Assembly (NCBI GenBank): GCA_030248215.1
Contig: JASANG010000273.1
Location: forward strand, 434,001 to 498,000
Source of the DNA: Enoplolaimus lenunculus
Lineage: Eukaryota
Direction of reading: 5' to 3'
Length of the DNA stretch: 64,000 nt
Below are positions 37,803 to 49,670 of this stretch, piece by piece (position 1 is the first letter of the stretch; every line of letters begins with the position of its first letter). Both the position numbers and the translations under genes were made by a program. The notes under the pieces are model-generated. The model worked only from the letters and a program-made list of their open reading frames with translations, searched no databases and was not told where the DNA came from.

Positions 37803-40329
37803 TTACAACTCCTCGTGATTGAGCAAATGTTCGCCGTAGTTCGTTGCTTCGCTTCCCACAAAAGTATCATACTCGTCCACAATTTCCTTAATCGTTAACT
37901 TGTTATCGCCATCTCGATCTGCAGTTGTTATCAAATGTTGCGCTTCGTCTGTTGCCGTTTCTCGCAAATTCGGTATTAGCCACGCTTGCATTTCACTTTT
38001 ATCCAGATAGCCGTCTGAATTTTTATCGTATTCTTCGTGAAACCGGGCTTTTTCGTTTTTCACCCATTCAGTATCGGTCGAGCCTGCTAAAACGTTTAAA
38101 ATTGTGATATAACGCATCAAACTTTATTTTGATATGAAGAAAAATTGATCCATTAGTGAGGGAGGGTTGAAATAACCATAACAAGCAGAATACTTTAATG
38201 TGAGGTCAGCAAAGCAGGACAAAATACACATTATATTGCATCAAACCTCCAAATTTGCATAAATCCACGTTTGAAAATGTTTCAAATATTTTTATACAAA
38301 ATTACTTATGTATTAGATTATAGAATATGCATATATGAAATAAGTATATCATAAAAACTAATACAACCCTACAAAAACCCGGACTCCAAGCACTAACATA
38401 ACCAACAAAAATATTCAGGACAGATCATGCTCCAACAACAAACCTTCGCCTAAAAATTCAGCTTCACTAATTTTGTTATCGCCGTTCGTATCTTTCTCGA
38501 GCAGTGTTGATGCTAAGAGTGACGGGAACATATGATCAAAGCCTTCTGGATTTTGAAATGCAGCAAATTCATCTTTTGTCAACTTGCCATCTTTGTCGAT
38601 ATCCGCCGCTTTGAAATAGCGTTCGTCTTCTTCCATTAGACTCTGCGTGGTAGAACACCAAAAGAATTTTTAATTTGTTTACAGCAGGTAGTACATACAC
38701 TAGGCGCGATAGAATAGCTAACATACTTAAAACGAGATATATGCACGCTTTACATTATCTTTGGATAGAAAGTTGAACGATTAAGTTATACACATTCTGT
38801 GAGAAATTGAGATGAACAAATATTAGTTAATATAAACGCAAGTCAAAGCCGAGTCAAGATTATCAGCAGTCCAGTGCCAGGTGGCGGCATGCCTCATTCC
38901 TGACAAAGCTCGACCAAACCCAATTAATCTTTTAAACCAACCTTATCCTCCGGATCGAGGGTCCCGTCATCCAGCTCGCCAAACGCGTCTTTCTTATACT
39001 CTTCCCAAGTCATTGCTCCGTCAGAATTTACATCAATATCTTCAAAACGTTCTTGTACCTCTTCTTCATCAAGTCGTCTAAAATAAATGTGAATTGCTAC
39101 TGATTCACAGTTGTTTTCTGACGGTGATTAAATAATGCGTAATTTGCGATTAAAACTAGATTTCTGCTTTCCATATTTACGCATATATACGTATAAAAAG
39201 GATACTGGCAAAACCAAAAACTAATTTGAAATTTACTTGAGTGAATTCTCTATCCAGTCTGTTAGCTCAGCTTCGTCCACAAAACCATCATCATTCTTAT
39301 CCATTTTCTGGGCCAATTTTTCAAGGCGTTCTTTCGATTGTTCGGGTGACAATTTGTCAAATTCATCAGCGTCATCACGACTGCCTAGAAACAAATGCAG
39401 CTAAATAGCAAACGCCACTCTGACATGCGGATACATGTCGGCAAAATAAACCTCAAGCTGATGCTGTATATCGGTACGTACATATGTAGTGCCTTCATAT
39501 GCAGCAGCAGTAAAAAAATTGGAAAACCCAAGATACATGAGTGTAATGTTGAGGTACCTATACGCCACAACAACGTAAAAACTCAGCAGTTGATTGTGAG
39601 GCGGCGTGGGTACCGGGGTGCAACCGGAATCCCGATTCCGACATTTTTTCACCTTGTAAGTTTTAACCGGAATTAAAAATTCAGGTATTAAAAATTGGAT
39701 GGAGGAAATTAAAATATTTACTAAAAATGACTATAAAATTTAAATAGATTTTGTTAGTATAGTATTCAAACCTTGCCAATCGACAAATATAAACCATCGA
39801 AGGTAGATTTCGCTTCCATAGATTAAAATCTAAAATACAGCATATAAAATGAAAAAAGAAAATTAACATGACTTTTTCGGTGGCATGTATTTTTCGTTTT
39901 CCGGTTTCGGTTAATTGCAATTCCGGTTACGACCTGCAAGGTACATTAGCCTACTTAACGTATACCAACCGCTCACGGTACAACAAACAAAACAAAACAC
40001 AATATAAATCTCACGTGTGGGTTAAACTGTTTTACACGAATAAGCAAAAGTACGATTCTACTTTAAGAACTCATATCTAGTACCGATTCAAAACTGTTTT
40101 ACACGAATAAGAAAAAGTACGGTTTTGTAGGAATTCTACTTTTAGACCTCATACCTAGTACCGATTCATGATCAAATTCCTTATTGTGCTCTCCGTCTTT
40201 GTAATGCTCTTTTTCTTTGGTTCGTTTCTCATGCGGCGAATGTGCTCCATGATCAGACGACTCTAGCTCACCCAGAACCGTGCTTAGACTGATTATTACA
40301 CACAAAGATATTACAAACAAAAACTTCAT
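37803..40329 (-). CDS. RCN2: CREC-family EF-hand ER-lumenal Ca-binding protein, reticulocalbin-2/calumenin-like, 313 aa
   Basis: Exons (minus): 40329-40155, 39384-39237, 39077-38942, 38642-38444, 38086-37803 (942 nt, GT-AG, phases consistent). Signal peptide MKFLFVISLCVIISLSTVLG, then HESVLGSRDDADEFDKLSPEQSKERL. Six EF-hand loops (DKNDDGFVDEAE, DVNSDGAMTWEE, DIDKDGKLTKDE, DTNGDNKISEAE, DKNSDGYLDKSE, DRDGDNKLTIKE), GSEATNYG and C-terminal HEEL ER-retrieval signal. Probable 5'UTR intron at 40346-40507. RCN2 versus calumenin is judged from remembered motifs. Confidence 0.92.
39615..39935. mobile_element. hAT-like CCGG-rich MITE in RCN2-like intron
   Basis: cggggtgcaaccggaatcccg ... aattccggttacgacctg. 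Confidence 0.68.
40024..40168. repeat. Imperfect tandem duplication spanning the RCN2 first coding exon/intron junction
   Basis: aaactgttttacacgaataag...ctcata(t/c)ctagtaccgattca at 40024-40090 and 40091-40168. Confidence 0.85.
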
Positions 40330-42475
40330 ATTTACCGGCAATTGTCTTAAAAATAACCATATAATGAAACTGAAAACTAAATCATGTACGCAGAATCAAT
40401 TGTTATGGTGAAATTACAAATGAAATTTTATTAGATAACGTATGCAAATTGTCTAGAAAATTATACATGAAGAGAAAACGAAGCATGAACAATGAATAAT
40501 CACTCACCCACATAACTTTCAACCTAAAGTATCAACTTCTGTCTTATACACGTCTTCTCGTAGCTAAGTCGTTTAACGTAAATTGGCTACAGGAAATATT
40601 TCAGGAAAATTTTAAACTGACTTCTATTTGGCGTACTCGTTCTCTTACGAATCTCCACTCTGAATCACTCAATAATTGTTTTATCATACTCGCAAAAAAT
40701 TAATGCATTAGTTTTTGTTGTAGTGGACCACATGACGTAGTGGTAGCATGCCTGACTTGAGCGCAAGAGTGCAAATGTTCTATTGCTGGCGTTATTCTTT
40801 AGCTTTGGACAAACTAATAACATTGGGCGTGCAGGACATATGATTCGAATATGGCGATCTCAACGCAGCGAGCACTGCAAACACGAAGCCCCTGGATAAT
40901 AGGCTAGTTGATTCGCGGTCCAGGACAGATTTCACTATAAGTCCTGGTACAACCACATGTCTGCCTCCGGCTCCGGCAGAAAACCGGCCTCCGGCTCCGG
41001 CTCCGGCTCCGGTAGAATTTTTCACGGAGGTTCCGACTACCTAATTTCGCCTCTGGCCTCCGGCTTCAGCTCCGGCTCCGGCCCTTGTATTTTTCACGTC
41101 CGGTTATACACACTGATACACGTGTAGATGTGAACCAGCACTCATTTTATTGCTGAAATGTACAAACGTTGAAACTATGTGGAGTGTGCATTTAAAAATT
41201 TTTTCCTACTTTTAAATATTTTCCTGAAGTATTCGCCCCGATAACCAAGCTGCCTCATAAAACTGCGACAACTAGTTTTTGTGAAGCGTCAGAAAGTGTT
41301 AGGCGCAAAAAATTGAAGAAAAATAAATGATCCAAGACAACTTTAAAACATTTGTAACATCTCCAAAACATAGTAGAAAAGTTAATCACTTGCATAATGA
41401 ACAGGTATATTTGGAACATAATGTAGTTTTTATGTAGATTTTAACCTGACGTGCCGGGTTGTTTTTACGATTTTAATACTTAGCTAGATATGAATGAATT
41501 ATATTACATAATATACAACATTAAGAGTGGTTCAAACAGAGGCGAAACAACCGCAACCGAAGGCAGACTGCGGAAGCAGGAGGTTAACAGATCCTGCCGA
41601 AGATGGAGGTGAATCCAAGTTAAATGATAGAATTAATGTCGAGTTTACAAATTTTAGCAATCATTTTCAAAATGTCGAAAAGTGTTTTAAAAGTTTCCTT
41701 TGAGTAATTTAGCAATGAAAGTGTTCGAAATTGTATTGAATTTCAAATAAGCTCAACAAAGGGCTCTACTTATACACAATTTACCTGAACCTCTGGCAAC
41801 AAATATATCGGAGTCACAGCCGGAAGTCGATCTTCTACAAGAGTCGAGGGTAATCCTTGATAAAATTGTTCAATATATAAATACTCGTGGGAACGTCCCT
41901 CATTTTCAGCTGCTGAGCACTCAGAATTAAAAACCTTCGTACCCTAGCCTACCCAACTTATCACATGGTGACCACAAGTTTGCGGTCAAGGGACGACCTT
42001 GTAGAAAAACCGGGGGATGTGACATGCGGATGCATGGAGGTAAACTGAAACCTCATGCTAATGCTGCACATTGGTGTAATGTTGATGCATATGTAGTGCC
42101 TTCATATGCTAAAACGGTAAAAACATAGAAGAACCAAGATACATGTGTATATTATGGTTTTATAAGGTATAAAAACAGAAAAACTAAACAGTTCGTAACA
42201 TCTATCGACTACCTTGCATTGAGACTTTATTGGTAACTCATAGCTACCGTTCGATTTTACATTTGTTACTGTTGTTAATTTTAAATTCTTTTGTGACGCA
42301 TAGTCTTATATGTTCCTGTGTTACGATTGTGCCAATTGCAGCAGCTACATTGCCAGCTTTTTGCATAATATGTTTAATTAATTGTGTTTAATTATTGTTT
42401 TTGTGGGCAAGCTGCAATGATTTTGGCATTTTGCTTAAATAGTGTTTTCGTCTTTGACAGTAATTGAAGAAAAGA

Positions 42476-44750
42476 ATGCATAAAAAACCGGTCGAATTGA
42501 CTATTTACAGCGTTTACTAACGGAGTTTCAAACCACGCCAAATTGTAAGTTTATTTTAACTGTAGACGAGATTCGATAAATTTATGTTTGACTTCTTAAA
42601 TGACAAATTTTTTGTTTCACTAATTCATGTTGGCGTTGATTTTGTTTTAGTCGATGCAAAGCAACAAGTTCTTGCAAACCTTGCGAATTTTGCCTATGAT
42701 CCTGTCAACTATGACTTCCTTCGTCGATTGAACGTAGTGGAATTATTTTTGGGTAATATTTTATATTGATCTGAAATGTAGTTTTGGTTGATTATTGATG
42801 ATCGTTTTCCCTCGCTTGATAACCCTTTGCTATCCTTCAGTACAATCATTGTAACATGACATTTCTGTTGGAATTGGCATGGATTGTTTGTTGACAATTG
42901 ATCAAGAAGACTATGTTGCAATAGTTAAATATTCAGTGCCTTTAGCGAACAAATTCTGTTTTCTGCGAAGTATTTTAGTTTTTAGATTGTCCGGACAGCG
43001 CTGATTCTAAGATTGTAGAATTTGCCGCTGGTGGTTTATGCAATATGTCTTGCGGTAAGCAGTGTTTGTGTTTACAGCATTAATGGTTCGCTTTTTGAAC
43101 CAGTTTACCAGTATGGGAGCGGCGTTCGCAAACATCTTAAACTTATGAGTGGGAAACCGCTTGCTGAATTTTGAACTTATCTCTAACATTCCGTAGCTGC
43201 TTGAATAAGTTATGTTAATAACTTCGTTTTATGCTTTTAAATTATTTAAATCGTTCATGTATTGTTACTTAAATTTTTTAAACTGAATTTGAGCTCTTTT
43301 AGATCCTTCAACGCATACGCAAATAATGCAATATGGGATTGAATCTGTGATTCTGTGTTTGGACAGGTTAGTTTAAAATTGAAACGGCACATTACAACAC
43401 AAGTATTTTGTTATTTGGTGCAAAAGTGCAAAAGGTTTAAAAATTATTGTTCATTGTATTAAAAATTAACGGCACATGACATACCAATTTGTACGCTGGT
43501 GGATTATCGAGCATAAAAATAAAGTTTTGTCTTACAAAAGCTTTGAATGTTTTTTTCGTGCTTCCTTGTCATTCTAGCATAATAAAATGTTGCATCTGCT
43601 CTTAATTTATAATATTAAACACAATAATTAGCGCAAAATTTTATTTTTACCAAAACCACACTGACAACAGACACAGGACAAAAACACGACCCTATGTCAA
43701 GGACTTTGTCTCGAATCTACGCTTTCACTTTTTTCCAACGAACATGGATCGTCAATCACTAGTATATTTAACTCTATTCATAGTAACGCTTTTTAGCGTT
43801 TATCAGAATGATATTTTAGCTTTAATTGGAACTTAAATTTTTTGGCACGATTCCTTAGATGTCATCTATAAATACAGCTATCTGTGTTTTGACACAGCAG
43901 TGTCAAAAAGTTTGGGGTTTAATTTACTTTATAGCATCAAAATGGCAAAAAATTCGTAGTCAAAAATCAACAAATACAATTGCTTCCGTTTATTGAGAGC
44001 GTTGAGCAGAAAAAACGATAACTAGTGTTTCTGTTTTGGTCTTGGTTTGAAACCTAGTGGGACTCAATAAAACGAGACCGGGACCAGCCAAATACCGAGA
44101 CTTACCGAGATCGAGGCCGTACGTCCCTGGTAGAAACTGCTAAAACCGTTTAAATCCAAAATATAGGTGAAACATACAGTTTGGTTGATAGACATTGGAT
44201 TCTATAGTGTCTTTTGTATATATATATTGTGCTAAATGAGTTATTCGAACACATTCTCAATGTTTTAGCATCGTATTAGAGACAAAGTTGTCAGCAATAA
44301 CCACACTGTATTATCTTTGTCAAGCGTCCAACAAAGATAGTGAGAATTTTGGTTTGTTTGACCTTGTCGTGTTTGGTTTATGCGCGTTCTATGGCTGCTT
44401 TTTCTTGAATATCAAACAAGAATAGTCCTTTGAAATATTTTCATTATCATGTAGGCATTAGTCGATTTCCGGAATTATAGTTTCAATTCTGATCACCTTA
44501 TCAATTTGCACAATTGCTCAAAGGTGCATTTTTGCAGCTGCAATTTGAACTTGCAAACTTATTCCAAAAAGCGGATTAGAGCTTTATTTTAGTCGTCTTG
44601 AAAGCAATACGTATTTTATTTTTAGAAATTTGCACCGAACAAGTCACTAATACTATATTGAAATATTGCGATTATGACGATGAAAGACTCAGTAATATTG
44701 CACGAGTGTTCCGAGAAGATATTCTCGAAAATGCGAATCTTGTATCGTGA
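42476..44750 (+). CDS. ARMC7: Armadillo repeat-containing protein 7 (~166 aa); first exon is 1 nt out of frame as assembled
   Basis: Exons 42476-42544, 42651-42752, 42986-43054, 43303-43366, 44269-44339, 44626-44750 (GT-AG). Protein: [161 protein letters not shown]. [15 protein letters not shown] and GGLCN are diagnostic of ARMC7. The start codon is uncertain. Confidence 0.88.
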
Positions 44751-45612
44751 AGCGTGAGATAAACCCCAACAATACCAGAAAACAGCGAGGCTAAGGTTAT
44801 TTTAAGGTATGTCGATTACACGTATACCGTACTACGACAGGCTGAAAAGTTTTCCGAGCGCTTTGTGAAAGATTATCGTATCCTTTATAGTTAGGTAACT
44901 TATGCTTTTATCCTTTCGAATTTGTTCATCTTGTTGCTGACAAAGCATAGCCTTGGAAAATTAAGGTTATCGGTCACCTTATTTTAAAAGTAGAGTTTTG
45001 TTAAACCCAATTGTATAAATAAGTAGTGAAAACCACTATAATTGCTTTGAAAATGATTGCATTTTAGTAAACCTTTATTCCTCGCAGTGTTAGAACCATG
45101 TATAGTGGGCGCTGCTCCCATTTAGGCATACCACTGCGCCACACAACTAAAAATGAATACTTAAACAGCGCTATCTCCATTGTTTACCACCAATTGAAAT
45201 GGTTTCTATAGATAGACCATAAGCAACAATAGTTTTTTTATCTGAGCCCTAAGATTAAGCTTGAAATATAACACCCAGATACACCTGAATGCTTGACGCT
45301 CGAACCTAAGCAGCTATTCGATATTATGGAGATTTTGTTCTGCTCATACACTTAATTGGTAAACATTTCGTATTTCTGTATTTTTGTTATTTGTTTACGA
45401 GTAAATTTATCAACATTTTGTTGTTGCATTTTTCATGTCCAGGAAGAGTGTGCAGATATTATTATAATACAAAATACGCAAGTATAAGACAGTAAAGTAT
45501 GTAAACTACGCATACATGTTTGGAGATACAAACTGCCGGTTACGGACAGCATTAAAATTACCGAGAAGAATAGCACCACCTTTATCGTGAATTTGTTTCA
45601 ACTACTAGCAAG

Positions 45613-46425
45613 CAGGGTGCAACCGGAATTATAAAGTGCCGGAACCGGTAAATTAAAAAATACCGGAACCGGAAAATAAAAAATAATTGTTACCGAAAAA
45701 ATCATTTTCAGGGCTATTTTATCGCTTTTAATGCTGTAAACTCCATTTAGAATGCCAAAATCTTGAAACAAATGCAGTAAGTAGGTGAAACATGATAAAT
45801 TATGGAGTATGACAGGGTTTCATCGGAATTCCAATTCCGGTTAAAATTTCGGCAAAATTTGATTTCCCATTCCGGCTGACTGCTGTTTCGATGCCGGAAT
45901 TCTGATTTTTCGGCTATGAGTTTTTAAGATGATTGAACTTAGAATTTGCTTTTTTCGTTCATTTGCAATTAATATTCTGTTGGTTTCTCTTAGTAAATAT
46001 TCCAAGTTGTTACGTGTATTCTGTCGGCTATATAAATTTTTACTGAACTGTGAACAGTGACGGAAACAGGCATACTGCAGCAAAAGTTAAATGTCATGCA
46101 CCTTTAGCTTTTTAACAGAATTACTGAAACTTGATTCCGGTGCCGACAGAAAAATTTAATTCCAATTCCGCCTCTGACAAAATCTAGTTCCGGTGGGAAC
46201 CCTGGAGTATGGCACAAATAGAAAATTTTGGCGATACGCGCTCGGACAATTTTAGATAAGTTAGAATAATATGCCTATTTGTCTTAAATTTTCGAATGAG
46301 AAAAAGTTTTCAATACCGAAAATACCGGAAAATTCCGGTGGAAAAAATACCGGATTTCTTACCGGAACCGGATAATGAAAAATACCGGATATCCCTACGG
46401 GAACCGGAGTTCCCGTTGCACCCAG
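45613..46425. mobile_element. hAT-like MITE (8-bp TSD ctagcaag/ctaacaag) hosting a nested related MITE
   Basis: ctagcaag|cagggtgcaaccggaatt ... gagttcccgttgcacccag|ctaacaag. Confidence 0.82.
45813..46204. mobile_element. Nested hAT-like MITE (8-bp TSD gagtatga/gagtatgg)
   Basis: gagtatga|cagggtttcatcggaatt ... agttccggtgggaaccctg|gagtatgg. Confidence 0.82.
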
Positions 46426-46895
46426 CTAACAAGCGAGCACGATTTTGTCGCTAGCGCTTCCTAACATATGCGTCGACTGTTACAATATGTGGGAAATTTA
46501 CAATGTCTATGGCACTTTATTACCGGTTCACAACAGGTTTTGAAACAAGTGAACGGCGGCGGCAAATGACAAGCTGACCAAAGCAAATATCAAGCTCGGC
46601 CTGAATTTTTGAAGTTCTGTATTGGCTGTTTCGAAATTACCGGTACTTATCGCCAAAATTACCGGTACTTATCGCCAACTAGTGCATGCTGCTCACATCG
46701 TGGCTCATACTTTTAAGAATATTAGAAAAGTTTACAATGGCTGACATATTTGAAATACAAACCAATGCTATGAGATTTATGACGCTTTACAATGTGCGGT
46801 AACGATGCATATGACGTGGTAATATTTTTGCAGTTTCTTTAGTATACTTAATTTAATCACATGCTCCCAACTTGTTCTCGTTTGGTTTGCTCGAA

Positions 46896-48785
46896 ATGGC
46901 GAAGGTTAGTATGAAAAAGTTAAGAGAATTTCAAACCAACATTCTCGTTAGATTTTGTTTCCATCCAGGATTCGAATCGCAGCCATACGTGTCAGGTGCT
47001 TTTACCATCACTACTCAGCAATGGAGCTAGACGTTCGAGGCCGATGAGGCTCTCGCGTCTTGTGATGATTTTATGTTTAGCGCTACGCATTGTGGGTTAA
47101 TTCACTTATACAGATCTACTCTATACGAGAAGAAGATGAGATTTGCACTACTGTTATATACTATTGAACTTACCAAAGTTTCCGGCAGTGTTCGTTTCTG
47201 AAGTTTTGTATTCTCAACTGAGTGTAACAGCTCTAACCAGAGAGCGATTTCTACGCAGGCAATTTTCAATTTACAATTGATCACTACTAGAGTTAGAACA
47301 CTTTTTAAAGTACGTAGTTGTAGAGTAAATCGCAGATCATATAGTGTGAGCTGTATTAGTTTTAGTTTCGATGCACTAACAACTCAAGTGCGTACGCTAG
47401 TACGAATTCCGCTCTATGAGTATCATATGCGTTTTGAACCAAATACAGGCCGCAAGAAGCCGTGCGGAGATGTTCTTGACCGCTTTAAACGCCTTAACAA
47501 CGGCGTATGGATTCGAAATATGGCTGGACGTTACGTTAAAGTTAGTTGTATTCTAGAATTTTTTGATAAAAGTTTTCAGTACTGTTGCCGGCCATTCCAT
47601 TATTAAGTTCGAAACGTATCGGAGTGACGTAAAATCATTTTGAAATTCTGGACAGTAAAGTTTACGCCTACGAACGAACAACCTTTTTTGATTGACTTTA
47701 GCTTTGAACATACATTTTGGCTTCGGCTTACGACCACAATTTTTTAAACAAGGCTGTAAATAAGGTATAACCTGATATCTGGATCCGCCGAAAAATCGAC
47801 ATTCGGCTGCGGTATTATACATTGACGGATATTTATTACTGAAAAGTACAACATAAGTATATTACACTATTATTTATGACCAAAATCATAATATTTGGTT
47901 GCTAATTTTGTCAATATAAGGGTATACTTCAAGAAGCCCAGTTATTACTAAGACCCTTGTAGAAACAAAATTGTAACATAAATAGTAAGTAGTACTAAAC
48001 ATCGTGATTTAACTTTTTTTATATACATTCAAATACCAGGCTCCACTATTTTTTGGCATTTGGTTAAACTGTGCAACATATACCATGCACCACTATATAA
48101 AGCGTTGCCCCGTATTCTTAAAGTTGGTAGGTGATGTTTAGTGAATAGTGCGCTTAGAAATTTGGCGATGTTATGTTTCATATACTCTGGTAGTATGTGA
48201 GATTCAATTCTGCAGCTTTTCCATAACGAGTCATTGTTTGAGGAGCCATTAACCAACAGGTAATAGGTGCTACATACAGTTGACAATACGGCTACTGTAT
48301 TGACCCGAATAAGAGGAGGAGGGGTAATAAGGGGGGGTCCCCATTTTGAGTCCGAATCAATTGGAGTCTGTATCCTTAATAAGAGTCCGTAAGCGGATAG
48401 AGTCCCTAAACCCTAATTAGAGTCCAAAAGTGTCAACCCTAATTTTAGCGCATAAATGACTCCAGGACCAAATCATTTGAGTTTGAAACGTTAAAGCAGT
48501 ACTTGCTTTCAATTGTAGCGATACCACGACACAGAACGTGCGAAGCATTTAAAAGATGCGCATGTGTTTACAAATCGTATTGAATCGGAAATTTTGGACA
48601 AACTTGTCAGTCGGTTTTGGGTTCGCCCTAAATACTACATCGAAGATCCGTATAAGCCATATCATGTACGCCATGGCCTCAAGGGTGCTCCGCGAGTAGG
48701 ATATAATGGACGGTTTTGTCGTGGAGAACGGCCTAAAATATTGCTTGATGATACGACGGCTGATAAGTATTTTTATGAGAGGTAA
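46896..48785 (+). CDS. MRPL35: Mitochondrial ribosomal protein L35 (bL35m), ~185 aa
   Basis: Exons 46896-46904 (ATGGCGAAG|gttagt), 47259-47540, 48519-48785. An Arg-rich presequence is followed by EYHMRFEPNTGRKKPCGDVLDRFKRLNNGVWIRNMAGRYVKRYHDTERAKHLKDAHVFTNRIESEILDKLVSRFWVRPKYYIEDPYKPYHVRHGLKGAPRVGYNGRFCRGERPKILLDDTTADKYFYER*. VLDRFKRL.NG.WI and LDKL..FW.RPKYY..DPY..YH are MRPL35 motifs. The 5' exon boundaries are less certain. Confidence 0.9.
46935..47100 (-). mobile_element. Second, decayed copy of the tRNA-cassette element seen at 4130-4392 (in MRPL35 intron 1)
   Basis: aggattcgaat...cactactcagcaatggagctagacgttcgaggccgatgaggctctcgcgtcttgtgatgattt matches 4181-4287. It ends in GGG|TTAA at 47094-47100. 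Confidence 0.6.
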
Positions 48786-49182
48786 CTAGTATAATTGCAT
48801 CCATACTTTCTGGATTACGTGCTTTGAATTATTGTTTATATTAGCTGTTTTGTACATTGATATATTTGTTTCAGTTTGCAACTGGTTCTTTACTTAAACA
48901 GTAATCTATCAACTCTGAAAATACGTAATTTGGGCATACTGCAGCTAAAATAAAAACAAGTGTACGTATATGCATAAGGCTGTGTTTTAAGCACCGAGGT
49001 TATGGGTATATCCATTGCAATTATTGTGACTAGCTATTATAGTTATACAGAGATGCATTTTACATTATACGATAAATTATCGTTTGTTGTCAACAAAAAT
49101 TCAAGTTACGCTGGCGTCGTCGACTGGGACAACCTCTCTAGGTTTTCTAGACATTTGCATAGAGCTTATCATTATAGTGCGA

Positions 49183-49670
49183 TTACTGTAGTGATCCGAA
49201 TAAGAGGGACTAATAAGTGGGGATCCCCATTTTGAGTCCCAATCAATATAAGTCCGCATCCCTAATAAGAGTCCGAAAGCGGATAGAGTTCCTAAACCTT
49301 ATTGATTAGAGTTTATAAATGTTAATTATCCCTAACTGTAGTCCATAAATGACTCGAGGATAAAACAAAGCTGAATTCGAATCTTTAAATTATAAAATTT
49401 TGAAAGTATATACATTCCTTAGTATAAAGTTACGTTGTCGCTCAAGCTTTTGATACAACACAAATAAACGTTTAATTCAACGGATAATTGCAATATCGGA
49501 TATATAAGTAACGTAAGGCGGCGGAGGGCAGGTTAAAAAATAGACAACAGTCCGTAATCGAATAACAGGGGCACCCTCTGGAGAGGTCAAATAAATATCA
49601 GTCCGTCCTCATTCAGGTCACTATGCAGTATTATTGTATCAGTCCGTCCTCATTCGGGTCACTATGCAGT
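49183..49670. mobile_element. TA-flanked Tc1/mariner-like MITE (TACTGTAGTGACCCGAATAAG TIR); related copies 48292-48480, 51272-51295, 55243-55502
   Basis: tactgtagtgatccgaataagaggg ... cctcattcgggtcactatgcagta. Internal ccccattttgagtcc..taataagagtccg..agcggatagag is shared with 48292-48480. There is a ~40-bp tandem duplication at the right end. Confidence 0.75.

Noticed and set aside
42481..42483. TAA codon reassignment explaining the ARMC7 in-frame stop
   Set aside because: TAA terminates the RCN2-like (HEEL*), LIM and MRPL35 genes at the expected positions and appears in no other reconstructed exon.
1859..48785. Non-canonical or U12-type introns
   Set aside because: All reconstructed introns are GT-AG with U2-like donors (gtaag, gttag, gtatg, gtgag, etc.).
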